Positions 48,019-57,353 of a stretch of DNA of 64,000 nucleotides are shown here, in pieces. The stretch's first letter is position 1. Each line of letters starts with the position of its first letter. The stretch is taken from positions 160,001 to 224,000 of the forward strand of contig CAVQNG010000001.1 of assembly GCA_963713825.1 (NCBI GenBank), in the 5' to 3' direction. Source of the stretch: an uncultured Acidobacteriota bacterium (GTDB taxonomy: Bacteria; Acidobacteriota; Thermoanaerobaculia; Multivoradales; JAHEKO01). Both the position numbers and the translations under genes were made by a program. Under the pieces are notes generated by a model. That model did no database searches. It was not told where the DNA came from and saw only the letters and a program-made list of their open reading frames with translations.

Positions 48019-49692
48019 ATGAAGCTAAGAACCGCCATTCTGGCCCTGCTGGCCGCGACTTCCTTGCATGCCCAGGAGTCTCCTGGCGCCCTACCGGGCG
48101 TTTTTGGAGAAGTTCTCGATGTGCGGGTGGTCAACCTGGAAGTGGTGGTCACCGATCGCGACGGGGTACCGATTTTCGGCCTTGGCCCGGATGCCTTCGA
48201 TCTGAAGATCGATGATGAGAGCGTCCCCATCGAGTATTTCTCAGAGGTCCGAGCGGGAGTTGCCGGGACCGCAAAGCAAGAAGAGCCCGTTCTTCCCGGA
48301 CTGCCCGCTCTGACCGTGGGCCAGCCCGTAGGCACGAGCTACCTGGTTTTCATCGACGAGTACTTCTCGATTGCCCGGGACCGCGATCGAGTCCTGGAGG
48401 CCATGAAGAGCGATTTGCCGCTTCTCGGTCCTGCAGACCGCATGGCTATCGTGGCATTCAACGGTTCGGATCTCGAGATGATCTCGACGTGGAGTCAATC
48501 TGTGCCTGAGCTGGAGCGCGCGATCGATACAGCTCTCGAGCGTCCGGCGTTCGGCCTCCAGCGCTTGGCCGAGCAACGTCAGTTCGACTACGACCGGACA
48601 CTGGGAGCCCTTTCTTCGATTCGGGCCGGCGAGATGGCGAGCGATCGGTTCCTCAGAACACAACTCGATCCTGACGAGCGGTTCTATTTAGAGAGACTGA
48701 CCGACCAGGTGAGCCGCTCAGTAACAGCGGGCGCTTCCACACTCCGGAGCTTCGCAGAGCCTCCCGGCCGGAAGGTCATGCTGTTGCTGTCTGGAGGATG
48801 GCCGTTTTTTCCCGCTACGTTCCTGGGTCCCGATATCTCGCCAACGGTTCTGAGCTGGGAGCTGGCAGATGGGCAGGCTCTCTTTCGCCCTCTCACGGAT
48901 ACCGCAAACCTGATCGGATATACGCTCTATCCCGTGGATGTCCCCGGGTTTGCCGATTTGCTGGCGAACGATTCGACGGTCCTCAGGGAACCGCAGGTCG
49001 AAGAGCTGGCTCGCACCGGCATTCGTGGGCATGACGCATTCCTGCGCCAGCAGGAAGTGCACTACACCTTGAGCTACCTCGCCGAGGAGACCGGCGGCGC
49101 CGCTTTTCTCGACGGAGCCAGGCTGGATGCGCTGAGCGAGGCGGTGTCGGATACACGGTCCTACTATTGGATCGGCTTCACTCCGAGTCGGGAGTGGGAC
49201 GACAAACGGCACAAGATCGAGGTCTCCCTCCGCGAGAAGGGCTTTCGAGTGCGCTCTCGAAGAGACTTCCTGGACTCATCGAGACAGCATGAAGTGGCGA
49301 TGGCCTTGGAGAGCACCCTGCTTTTTGGAAATCCGGCTGGCCAGGGCTCGCTGCGGGTGGTCTTGGGCGAGGTGAAGAACAAGGGCCGGCGAAAGATGGA
49401 AGTGCCGGTGAAGCTCGTAATACCCTTGGATGAAATTACTTTTCTACCGTCAGAGCAGGGAGAGGTCGCTCAGATAGAGCTCATGGTTGCGGTGCGCGAC
49501 GAGTCGGGCCGCAGAGCCGATATTCCGGTCGTCCCTCTCGCTTTCCAAGCTCAGGGGGCAGGCTCCCCCGGAGCTTTTGGGAGCTATGACTTTTCCCTGC
49601 AGCTCCGCCGGCAGCGCAACGACGCCGTGATCGCTGTCGTCGACGTTGCAAGTGGTAGGATCCTTTCTGCCAGCGTCGAGATTGAGCCCTAG
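48019..49692 (+). CDS. VWFA-related Acidobacterial domain protein (secreted)
   Basis: Signal peptide, DVRVVNLEVVVTDRDG.P, PGRKVMLLLSGG, LAEETGG, YYWIGF, H.IEV, VRSR. Confidence 0.85.
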   Translation: MKLRTAILALLAATSLHAQESPGALPGVFGEVLDVRVVNLEVVVTDRDGVPIFGLGPDAFDLKIDDESVPIEYFSEVRAGVAGTAKQEEPVLPGLPALTVGQPVGTSYLVFIDEYFSIARDRDRVLEAMKSDLPLLGPADRMAIVAFNGSDLEMISTWSQSVPELERAIDTALERPAFGLQRLAEQRQFDYDRTLGALSSIRAGEMASDRFLRTQLDPDERFYLERLTDQVSRSVTAGASTLRSFAEPPGRKVMLLLSGGWPFFPATFLGPDISPTVLSWELADGQALFRPLTDTANLIGYTLYPVDVPGFADLLANDSTVLREPQVEELARTGIRGHDAFLRQQEVHYTLSYLAEETGGAAFLDGARLDALSEAVSDTRSYYWIGFTPSREWDDKRHKIEVSLREKGFRVRSRRDFLDSSRQHEVAMALESTLLFGNPAGQGSLRVVLGEVKNKGRRKMEVPVKLVIPLDEITFLPSEQGEVAQIELMVAVRDESGRRADIPVVPLAFQAQGAGSPGAFGSYDFSLQLRRQRNDAVIAVVDVASGRILSASVEIEP

Positions 49693-49736
49693 TCGGCCAG
49701 CGCCGCTCCTGGAGCCAAGTCAAGAGGTCGAGATTG

Positions 49737-51443
49737 ATGCATCGAGGAACTGTTCAGATTCTGAGCCTTCTGCCGATCCTGGGGATCGGCTTAGCCTTCC
49801 CCATGCTTGCCCAGGAGGCGGGCGAGGTGTCGGAGGAAGAAGGGTCGTACGTCGAGACGGTGGATGTGACTGTCGTCAACCTCGATGTCTACGTGACCGA
49901 CAAGAAGGGTGTGCCGATAACCGGACTGACTCGCGATGACTTCGAGATCTTCGAAAACCGCCGGCCGGTGGCCATAACGAACTTCTTCGCGGTCGAGGAC
50001 CGAAAGCCGGTCGAGGGCCAACTCGTAGGCAAGGTCGCTGCACCGGAAACTCCAGTCATTCCCGGCATGCCCGAGGGTGAGCAGTTCGCCCTTCCTGACG
50101 ACCAGAAACTGTCCCTGGTCATCTATGTCGACAATTTCAACATTCGACCCTTCAACCGCAATCGGGTCTTCCGCCGGCTGAGGGACTTTCTGGTCGAGAA
50201 AGTGTCTCGTCATGATCAAGTGATGTTGGTGACCTACGACCGATCGCTACACATGCGCCATGATTTCACCAGCGATCCGACACTGATTGCCAGTCAGCTG
50301 TTCGAGCTCGAAGAGTTGGCGGCCTTCGGAGTGCACTGGGACTCAGAGCGTCGCGACGTGCTGCGAGATATCAATGATTCCGACACATTGGCGGCCGTGT
50401 CCTGGAGGGTTCGACAGTTCGCTGAGAGTGGTTACAACGATCTCAGCTTCTCGATCGAGGCGATCAAGGAGATCGTAACGTCGTTGGCCGGTCTACCGGG
50501 CCGGAAAGCCATCCTCTACGTCAGTGATGGTCTTCAGATGCTGCCTGGAGAGGATCTTTACTATGCGTTGAACCGCAAGTTCGGCGACTCGTCACCGCTG
50601 ACGGAAATGCGCCAGTTCGACGGATCGAGGCGGTTTCAGGAGTTGACGGCCCATGCCAACTCGAGCGGCGTGACCTTCTACACGATCGATGCGGCGGGGT
50701 TGCGCGCTGGAGGCGGGAGCAGTGTCGACATGAGCTCCGCAGGCGAGGCGGGTATGGCCTCCTTCGTCGACAGTATGTACATTCAGAGCTTGCAGTCCCC
50801 ACTCCGCATGATGGCTGACGACACAGGTGGTCGCGCCATCATCAACGCCAACGATGTGGGACCGGATCTCGACAAGGTGGCGACGGACTTTTCGACCTAC
50901 TACTCCCTGGGGTATACGCCATCGCACGGCGGCACGGGGCGCTACTACAAGATCGAAGTCAAAGTGAAGCAGAAGGGCATGCGGGTGCGCCATCGCAACG
51001 GTTATCGCGACAAGCCTTTGATGGCCCGCATGACCGATACGACTCGTGCCAGCCTGATCTACGGCTACGACTACAATCCCATGGGCTTGGTTCTGCGCGT
51101 AGGAGAGCCGGAATTTGTCGAGAAGGACCTGTTCGATGTACCGGTGCTGGTAGGAATCCCTCTCGGAGAGGTTACGCTGCTTCCGATCGATGAGGCCCAG
51201 GAAGCCAAAGTCAAACTGTACTTCGGGGCCATCGATGAGGGCGGGGACATGTCGGAGATCTCCGAGGTCCCGCTTGCCATCCAGATCCCCAATGCCGAGT
51301 TGGAAGAAGCCATGGGAGGCTTCTACCCCTATCAGCTCCAGCTGCGCATGAGGAAAGGGCCGCATCGAGTGACCGTGGGCCTTTGGGATTTGCTGGGAGC
51401 AGAGGAGTCTTTTGCCAGCAAGAATGTGAGGGTGGGAGGCTAG
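49737..51443 (+). CDS. VWFA-related Acidobacterial domain protein (secreted)
   Basis: VNLDVYVTDKKG.P.TGLT.DDF.IFE, LPGRKAILYVSDG, AN..GVTFYTIDA.GL, MADDTGG, YYSLGY, RHR.GY. Confidence 0.88.
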   Translation: MHRGTVQILSLLPILGIGLAFPMLAQEAGEVSEEEGSYVETVDVTVVNLDVYVTDKKGVPITGLTRDDFEIFENRRPVAITNFFAVEDRKPVEGQLVGKVAAPETPVIPGMPEGEQFALPDDQKLSLVIYVDNFNIRPFNRNRVFRRLRDFLVEKVSRHDQVMLVTYDRSLHMRHDFTSDPTLIASQLFELEELAAFGVHWDSERRDVLRDINDSDTLAAVSWRVRQFAESGYNDLSFSIEAIKEIVTSLAGLPGRKAILYVSDGLQMLPGEDLYYALNRKFGDSSPLTEMRQFDGSRRFQELTAHANSSGVTFYTIDAAGLRAGGGSSVDMSSAGEAGMASFVDSMYIQSLQSPLRMMADDTGGRAIINANDVGPDLDKVATDFSTYYSLGYTPSHGGTGRYYKIEVKVKQKGMRVRHRNGYRDKPLMARMTDTTRASLIYGYDYNPMGLVLRVGEPEFVEKDLFDVPVLVGIPLGEVTLLPIDEAQEAKVKLYFGAIDEGGDMSEISEVPLAIQIPNAELEEAMGGFYPYQLQLRMRKGPHRVTVGLWDLLGAEESFASKNVRVGG

Positions 51444-51904
51444 TGGGCAAGAGAATCGACAGCTGGATCGAGTTGTTTCAGTCGCTCCGGGACGCTTTCC
51501 TCGGAGTCATGGAGGCCGAAGTGCAGTCGCTGCGACTGGATTTCGAGCTCACCAAACGGCACATCGGTCAGGCCATTGGTTTCGCTGCTCTCGCGGTATT
51601 CATCTGTTTCTGGGTGATCGGTGTGGCGGTTCTTCTGCTTGTGCAGGTCGCCAGCATCTGGCTGCCAGACTGGGCGGCCTCGCTAGTCGTTCTGGCCTTC
51701 CTGAGCCTCTGTGGGATGGGCCTGGTCGCAGCGGCGCGGCAGCGCCTGCGCCGAATCGAGGCACCGAAAGCGATGATTCGTCGCCATGTCCAGGAACACA
51801 TGGATTGGTGGGAAGAAGAGGTCCTGCCAGGTTCCGATGGCGCCGAGAGTCGACCCGATTCCCTCTCCGAGAGCTCCCGAAACGGCGATCAAGAGAGTTC
51901 TTGA
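51443..51904 (+). CDS. phage holin family (YqjE / holin_3_6-like) membrane protein
   Basis: EVxxLRxxxE helix, two TM helices, WAASLVV..L, P; coupled to the VWA stop. Confidence 0.65.
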   Translation: MGKRIDSWIELFQSLRDAFLGVMEAEVQSLRLDFELTKRHIGQAIGFAALAVFICFWVIGVAVLLLVQVASIWLPDWAASLVVLAFLSLCGMGLVAAARQRLRRIEAPKAMIRRHVQEHMDWWEEEVLPGSDGAESRPDSLSESSRNGDQESS

Positions 51905-52080
51905 GCTCGAATCTCACAGACAGGCGACAGGACTTCGAGCGGCACGTCCGCATTTTGCGTCAATCGTTCGATCAGGAAGTGGGTCGGCTGCCTCGATGTG
52001 TCGGTAGATGGTGCCTCCCGACAGTGGCACTGATCGCCGGATTCACTTTAGGTCTAGGCAGAGGCCGGCACCGGCACTAG
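51901..52080 (+). CDS. small protein with C-terminal TM anchor (YqjK-like)
   Basis: TTG overlapping the upstream stop; amphipathic helix followed by WCLPTVALIAGFTLGLG and a basic tail. Confidence 0.5.
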   Translation: MSSNLTDRRQDFERHVRILRQSFDQEVGRLPRCVGRWCLPTVALIAGFTLGLGRGRHRH

Positions 52081-52152
52081 AGGGTGCACGACCCCAGGCC
52101 GACCGTGGATGATGATTCCGGGTGACGCTGCCTACGGAGTGGGCCCCGAGAC

Positions 52153-52341
52153 TCAGTCAGCCTTGGGACGTTTGAATACCATGGCTATGTTGTCGGTGGC
52201 GCCGCTCTTGAAATTGACCGAGGTGATGGAAATCAACTCCCAGCCTTCTTCGCCCAACACATTCAGCTCGCGGACGGCATTCGGGTCCAGTCGATAGTTC
52301 TCGCTCCGGATGTTGATGATGTGGTATTCCCATTTCGTCAT
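52153..52341 (-). CDS. DUF4177 domain small protein
   Basis: KWEY..., LN.LGEEGWELISI, .FKRP; good SD (AAGGAG). Confidence 0.85.
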   Translation of the reverse strand: MTKWEYHIINIRSENYRLDPNAVRELNVLGEEGWELISITSVNFKSGATDNIAMVFKRPKAD

Positions 52342-52510
52342 AGCTCACGCTCCTTCCCCAGCGGCTCCCATCTGGTGGCTACAGACTCTCTATCCTGAAT
52401 TCTAGCCCAAAACGGTGCTCGAAACAGGCGACTCGATGGGGCTCGTCTTGGCGCTCTATGGTGCTGATTGGCGCACCAACAGGCGCGAAATCGGGCACAA
52501 TAGAGCTGTT

Positions 52511-53200
52511 ATGGACGCTCCAAGGTGCTGTCTGACGGTGTTCACCAAGCCGGCCCGCCCAGGTCTCGTGAAAACGAGATTGTTGGGGGAACTGTCCGCG
52601 GAACAGGCAGCGTTCCTGCACAGCGCGTTCCTTCAGGATCTTCTCGAACGCATGCAGGTTGGAGCATTCGAAACCAGGCTGGCATGGGCTGTTGGTGCGC
52701 AAGAGGCTCTGCCGCAGTCGTCGTTCGAGGCATTTCGGCAGACAGGCGAAGAGTTGGGGGACCGACTCTTCGCGGGACTGAGTGCGATGCTGACAGAGTT
52801 CGAGCTGGTCGCAGCAGTCGGCAGCGATCACCCCGATCTCCCTGCCGCAGTCGTTGGAGAGGCGTTCGGGAGGCTGGCCTCGGGCTGTGATGTGGTGCTA
52901 GGCCCAGCAGCCGATGGTGGCTACTATCTGGTGGGTGTCAAACGGCGAACCATTCGTCGCGCGATGTTCAGCGGTATCGACTGGAGTACTGATCGCGTTC
53001 TGCAGCAAACTCTGGATCGGTGTTACCAATTGGGCCTGAGCGTCGAAGAGCTGACTGTGTTGGAGGATGTGGATACCCCAGCCGACCTCCGACGGTTGGC
53101 TTCGCGGTTGGTCGCCTGCACGGGACCGTCGAGTCCTGCCACCCGGAGTCTGCTCGAGGAGTGGGGGATGATTCCAGTTCTAGGGAGGACCCAAGGATGA
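52511..53200 (+). CDS. TIGR04282/DUF2064 family CofC-like glycosyltransferase
   Basis: VF.KP..PG.VKTRL, Q.G..LGDRL, VGSD.P, LGPA.DGGYYL.G, WST..V, DVDT..DL. Confidence 0.88.
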   Translation: MDAPRCCLTVFTKPARPGLVKTRLLGELSAEQAAFLHSAFLQDLLERMQVGAFETRLAWAVGAQEALPQSSFEAFRQTGEELGDRLFAGLSAMLTEFELVAAVGSDHPDLPAAVVGEAFGRLASGCDVVLGPAADGGYYLVGVKRRTIRRAMFSGIDWSTDRVLQQTLDRCYQLGLSVEELTVLEDVDTPADLRRLASRLVACTGPSSPATRSLLEEWGMIPVLGRTQG

Positions 53201-54747
53201 GAATCCTGACCGCCGAGTCGATGAGTCGTGTGGACGAGGTTGCTACGGATGACTTCGGAATTCCGAGCTTGGTGTTGATGGAGAACGCTGCACTCGGATT
53301 GGTCGAGGCCATTGCCTCGAGCTACCCGGAAGTCAGAGCCGTGGCGATCTTCTGTGGCCCAGGCAATAACGGCGGCGACGGACTGGCCCTGGCGAGGCAT
53401 TTGGCCATTCGGGGTTACCACCCGGAGTTGACACTTGTCACCGGTGGCAAGAGCCTGACCGGCGATGCGGGGGTTCAGCTGGAAATTTGTCGGGCTCAGG
53501 GCCTGGAGATTCGAGAGGTCGGGCCTGATGATGGGGTCGAGAGTTGCGTCGATCTGGCCCGGCGGAGCGACCTGGTCGTCGATTCCCTGTTTGGAATTGG
53601 GCTTGGACGACCCCTGGACGGCCAATTCGCAGCCTTGGTGCAGGCCCTGAATAGGCTTCCAGTACCGCGCCTGGCCGTCGATCTGCCGAGCGGTCTCAAG
53701 GGGAGTCTCTCGGAGATACCGGGTCCGCACTTGAAGGCCGATCTGACAGTGACTTTTGGCGCGCCGAAGGTTGCCCATGTGTTCCCACCCTCCTGCGATG
53801 CGGTAGGCGAGGTTGTCGTTGCCGATCTCGGGATCCCGACGGAGATCATCGATGAGGCCGAGGGAGACTTGCACCTGCTGACTGGTGAGGAACTGTCGGT
53901 CGCGTTGGAGCCGCGTGCGGAAGCGAGCCACAAGGGGGACTTTGGACATCTCGTGATTTTGGCGGGGTCTGTGGGCAAGGCGGGGGCTGCAATTCTGGCC
54001 GCACGGGGTGCCGTTCGTAGTGGTGCCGGATTGGTCACGGTAGCGGCGCCAGAAGACATCGTTCAGACGGTGGACCTTGGATCCCTGGAATCGATGAGCT
54101 TGCCTTTGCCGGTGGATGGCTCGAGCGGATTGAGCTCCTCCAGCCGGCAGATATTGCTCGAGTTCTCGGCCGACAAAGAAGCTCTCGCCTTAGGCCCGGG
54201 ACTGGGTCTAGCCGCAACGACAGTCGAGGTCGTCAGACGAACGGTGCTCGAGGTCGAAAGGCCCGTCGTACTGGATGCCGATGGACTGAACGCTTTTGCA
54301 GGGGATCTCGGGGTCTTGTCTGGGCGGACCTCTGCAACGATCCTGACGCCCCACCCGGGGGAATTGGCACGACTTCTGGGCCGGCCAACCGGTCATGTCC
54401 AGCGGGAGAGGGTCACCAGTGCCCAGGAAGCCGCGGTCATGAGTGGTGCAATCGTGGTCTTGAAAGGACACCGGTCGCTCATTGCCTCGCCTGAAGGTGA
54501 GGTATTCGTCAATCCCACCGGCAATCCCGGCATGGCCAGTGGTGGCATGGGAGATGTGTTGACCGGGTTGATCGGCGGATTTCTCGCTCAGGGGTATGAG
54601 CCGCTTGTCGCGGCGCTCCTCGGCACGTATCTGCATGGGTTGGCTGCTGATTTGGCGATCGCGGGAGGGTGTAGCATGGCGGCATTGGCTGCGAGCGATT
54701 TGCTCGCAACGCTCTCTGAGGCATTCTCGGAGCTCGGTGGCACATGA
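53197..54747 (+). CDS. nnr: bifunctional NAD(P)HX epimerase/dehydratase
   Basis: LMENA, GPGNNGGDG, DLPSG, HKGDFG, GPGLG, LDADGL, TPHPGE, GGMGDVL. Confidence 0.94.
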   Translation: MRILTAESMSRVDEVATDDFGIPSLVLMENAALGLVEAIASSYPEVRAVAIFCGPGNNGGDGLALARHLAIRGYHPELTLVTGGKSLTGDAGVQLEICRAQGLEIREVGPDDGVESCVDLARRSDLVVDSLFGIGLGRPLDGQFAALVQALNRLPVPRLAVDLPSGLKGSLSEIPGPHLKADLTVTFGAPKVAHVFPPSCDAVGEVVVADLGIPTEIIDEAEGDLHLLTGEELSVALEPRAEASHKGDFGHLVILAGSVGKAGAAILAARGAVRSGAGLVTVAAPEDIVQTVDLGSLESMSLPLPVDGSSGLSSSSRQILLEFSADKEALALGPGLGLAATTVEVVRRTVLEVERPVVLDADGLNAFAGDLGVLSGRTSATILTPHPGELARLLGRPTGHVQRERVTSAQEAAVMSGAIVVLKGHRSLIASPEGEVFVNPTGNPGMASGGMGDVLTGLIGGFLAQGYEPLVAALLGTYLHGLAADLAIAGGCSMAALAASDLLATLSEAFSELGGT

Positions 54748-55229
54748 GGGTTTGGCGATCGGGCAGCGAAGAGGAGACAAGGGACCTCGGCGTCACTCTG
54801 GGGCGCGAGCTCGTGCCGAATGGAACGCTTCTACTGTCAGGTGAGCTGGGGGCAGGCAAGACGGTGCTGGCGCAAGGGGTGGCAGCCTCGGTCGGTGTTC
54901 CCGCGAACCAGGTCCAGTCGCCGAGCTTTATCTTGATTCGGGAGCATGAGGGATCGGGTGGGCGCTTTGTTCACATCGATCTGTATCGACTGGAGCTTGG
55001 CGAGACAGAGGCCCTGGGGCTAGATGAGCTTTTGGCGGGAGAAGGCGTGAAGGTCGTCGAATGGGCGGAAAGACTGCCGCACGCTCCGACCGCTGCCATG
55101 CATTTGTCGATTCACGTTGATCGGGAGAGTCTCGAACGAGAGATCGTCGAGACTCGGCCTGGTCAACAGGAAGAGTTCGTGGAGAGTTCGATCCTTCAGG
55201 GGCGGAACATTCAGGAGGACGATAGATGA
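54744..55229 (+). CDS. tsaE: tRNA t6A biosynthesis ATPase TsaE
   Basis: GELGAGKT, VQSPSF, H.DLYRL, VVEW. Confidence 0.94.
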   Translation: MRVWRSGSEEETRDLGVTLGRELVPNGTLLLSGELGAGKTVLAQGVAASVGVPANQVQSPSFILIREHEGSGGRFVHIDLYRLELGETEALGLDELLAGEGVKVVEWAERLPHAPTAAMHLSIHVDRESLEREIVETRPGQQEEFVESSILQGRNIQEDDR

Positions 55230-56083
55230 CGATCAAGAAGGTCGGAGTTCTGGGCTGTGGGCTGATGGGGGCTGGGATTGCCGAAGTTTGCGCGAAGGCG
55301 GGTCACACGACAGTGATTCGCGAAGTGGACGAGAGTTTTCTCGAGCGGGGTATGCAACGAATCGAGCGCTCTCTGGGCAAGGCTGTCGACAAGGGTAAGC
55401 TCGACGCCGAGCAGCGGGATGCCGCTCTGTCACGGATTTCGGGGACAACCGAGCTCGAGCCCCTTGCCGACTGTGACCTGGTCGTGGAGGCCATCATCGA
55501 GCGCTTGGAGGAGAAGGTCGAGACCTTCGCGGCGCTCGACAAGACCGTTCAAGGGCAAGCGCTGTTCGCCAGCAATACCTCGTCCTTGACCATTACCCAG
55601 CTGGCGATGGCCACGAATCGGACCGATCGATTCGTCGGCCTGCACTTCTTCAATCCGGTACCGGTGATGAAGCTCGTCGAAGTCGTCCGCACGTTGATGA
55701 CGAGCGACGAGGCGATGCAGCGAGCCCTCGACTTCGTCACAGGCCTCGGAAAAGAGGGAGTCTCCTGCAGGGATAACTCGGGTTTCATTGTCAATCGGCT
55801 CCTGGTTCCCTATCTCCTCGATTCCATCAGGGCCCTCGAGGAGGGGGTGGGTTCGATCGAAGACATCGACAAGGCCATGCAGCTGGGCTGCGGATATCCC
55901 ATGGGTCCTCTGACATTGCTGGACTTCGTGGGCTTGGACACTACCTACTACATCGCCAACATCATGTTCGAGGAGTACAGAGAGAAGCGCTTCGCGCCGC
56001 CACCGCTGCTCAAGCAGATGGTGCAGGCGGGAAGGTGTGGACGCAAGAGTGGTAGGGGGTTCTACGACTACGGTCAGAAGTGA
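55226..56083 (+). CDS. hbd: 3-hydroxybutyryl-CoA dehydrogenase
   Basis: G.GLMG.GIA, EAI.E, ASNTSS, GLHFFNPVPVM, GFIVNR, PMGP, GRKSG.GFY. Confidence 0.93.
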   Translation: MTIKKVGVLGCGLMGAGIAEVCAKAGHTTVIREVDESFLERGMQRIERSLGKAVDKGKLDAEQRDAALSRISGTTELEPLADCDLVVEAIIERLEEKVETFAALDKTVQGQALFASNTSSLTITQLAMATNRTDRFVGLHFFNPVPVMKLVEVVRTLMTSDEAMQRALDFVTGLGKEGVSCRDNSGFIVNRLLVPYLLDSIRALEEGVGSIEDIDKAMQLGCGYPMGPLTLLDFVGLDTTYYIANIMFEEYREKRFAPPPLLKQMVQAGRCGRKSGRGFYDYGQK

Positions 56084-56086
56084 GTC

Positions 56087-56296
56087 TCACCGGCGGTGGC
56101 TGGCGTTCATGTGGATAGCCATCGACTCTTGTTAGACTCAAACTGTGATGGAAGTTGCCCCAGTGGTCTGCGAGCAGCTGCCCGCGAGGCGCCTTCGGGC
56201 GACCGCAGAGACGCCCGATATCAGAGGAGGCTCGTACCATCTCTGAGGCGGCGGGCGATCCCAGCCATTTATCGGTGCGGCGACGGCCGCCAGTGA
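56087..56296 (+). ncRNA. candidate structured RNA (unknown class) in the hbd-phoH spacer
   Basis: Nested stems found by hand, including a C(UUCG)G hairpin and a GCGA-loop hairpin; no match to an RNA family I recognise. Confidence 0.3.
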
Positions 56297-56309
56297 ATCC
56301 TCGATGTCG

Positions 56310-56397
56310 ATCGCGGAAGATCGTCGTTGTTCCATCCTGTGAACGGATCCGGCGTGTCGTAAAGCCATGAAGACAGTGACTATCGCGGAAGATCGTC
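56310..56397 (+). repeat. 16-bp direct repeat ATCGCGGAAGATCGTC (56310-25 and 56382-97)
   Basis: Exact repeat 72 bp apart; one copy lies upstream of phoH and one inside it. Confidence 0.75.
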
Positions 56398-57353
56398 TCG
56401 AGGTGCTGTTCGGCACCCGGGACGAGAACATCAAACGTATCGAGCGCGCCTTTGGCGTCAGTGTGACAGCCCGAGGGGGCCAAGTCCGAGTCGAAGGAGA
56501 GGAAGGTCCAGCAGTCCTGGCAGGAACCCTCCTAGAGCAATTGTCGCATCTACTGGAATCGGGCTTCCCACTTCAACCGACGGATGTGGAAACTTCGATT
56601 CGGGTATTGCAGGAAGAGCCGACGACGTCGCTGGTGGAGTTCTTCCTGGGCGATGGCGTTCTGGGCACGGTGCGGAGACTGGTACGGCCCCGCAGTCTGA
56701 GTCAGCAGATCTATCTCCAGGCGATGTCCGATTTCGATCTGGTCATCAGTATCGGACCGGCTGGAACCGGCAAGACCTACCTTGCCGTGGCGATGGCGGC
56801 TGCAGCTCTGAAGGAGAGGCTGGTGCGTAGGATCATCCTGGCCCGTCCTGCTGTGGAAGCCGGCGAACGGCTCGGGTTTCTGCCAGGAGATCTAGTGGAA
56901 AAGGTCAACCCCTATCTTCGCCCGCTCTATGATGCTCTCTACGACATCTTGGGATTCGACAAGGTGGGGCGGTTGATGGAGAGAGGAACCATCGAGGTAG
57001 CTCCCATCGCTTTCATGCGGGGCCGGACGCTCAACGACAGCTTCATCATTCTAGATGAGGCACAGAACACCACCAGCGAGCAGATGAAGATGTTCTTGAC
57101 CCGTATCGGCTTCAACTCGAAGGCGGTGATCAACGGTGACATTACACAGATCGATCTCCCCTCTGGTAGGACCTCGGGCCTCAATCAGGCGAGACAAGTC
57201 CTGAAGTCGGTGGCAGGGATCAAGTTCATTCGATTTACGGAGAAAGATGTGGTCCGGCACCGACTCGTGCAGAAGATCGTCCGGGCCTATGACCAGTTCG
57301 ACCAGCAGAAGGCGGCTGCTGAGAACGAGCAGGGAAGCCACCATGAGTCGTGA
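56367..57353 (+). CDS. phoH: PhoH family ATPase (YbeZ type, N-terminal KH-like domain)
   Basis: GPAGTGKT, RPAVEAGERLGFLPGD, PYLRPLYDAL, MRGRTL, DEAQN, GDITQIDL, VVRH. Confidence 0.95.
   Translation: MKTVTIAEDRLEVLFGTRDENIKRIERAFGVSVTARGGQVRVEGEEGPAVLAGTLLEQLSHLLESGFPLQPTDVETSIRVLQEEPTTSLVEFFLGDGVLGTVRRLVRPRSLSQQIYLQAMSDFDLVISIGPAGTGKTYLAVAMAAAALKERLVRRIILARPAVEAGERLGFLPGDLVEKVNPYLRPLYDALYDILGFDKVGRLMERGTIEVAPIAFMRGRTLNDSFIILDEAQNTTSEQMKMFLTRIGFNSKAVINGDITQIDLPSGRTSGLNQARQVLKSVAGIKFIRFTEKDVVRHRLVQKIVRAYDQFDQQKAAAENEQGSHHES

Noticed and set aside
51443-51904. Holin-like gene as a sign of a prophage
   Set aside because: No endolysin, structural or integrase genes; this family is common as a bacterial YqjE-like membrane protein
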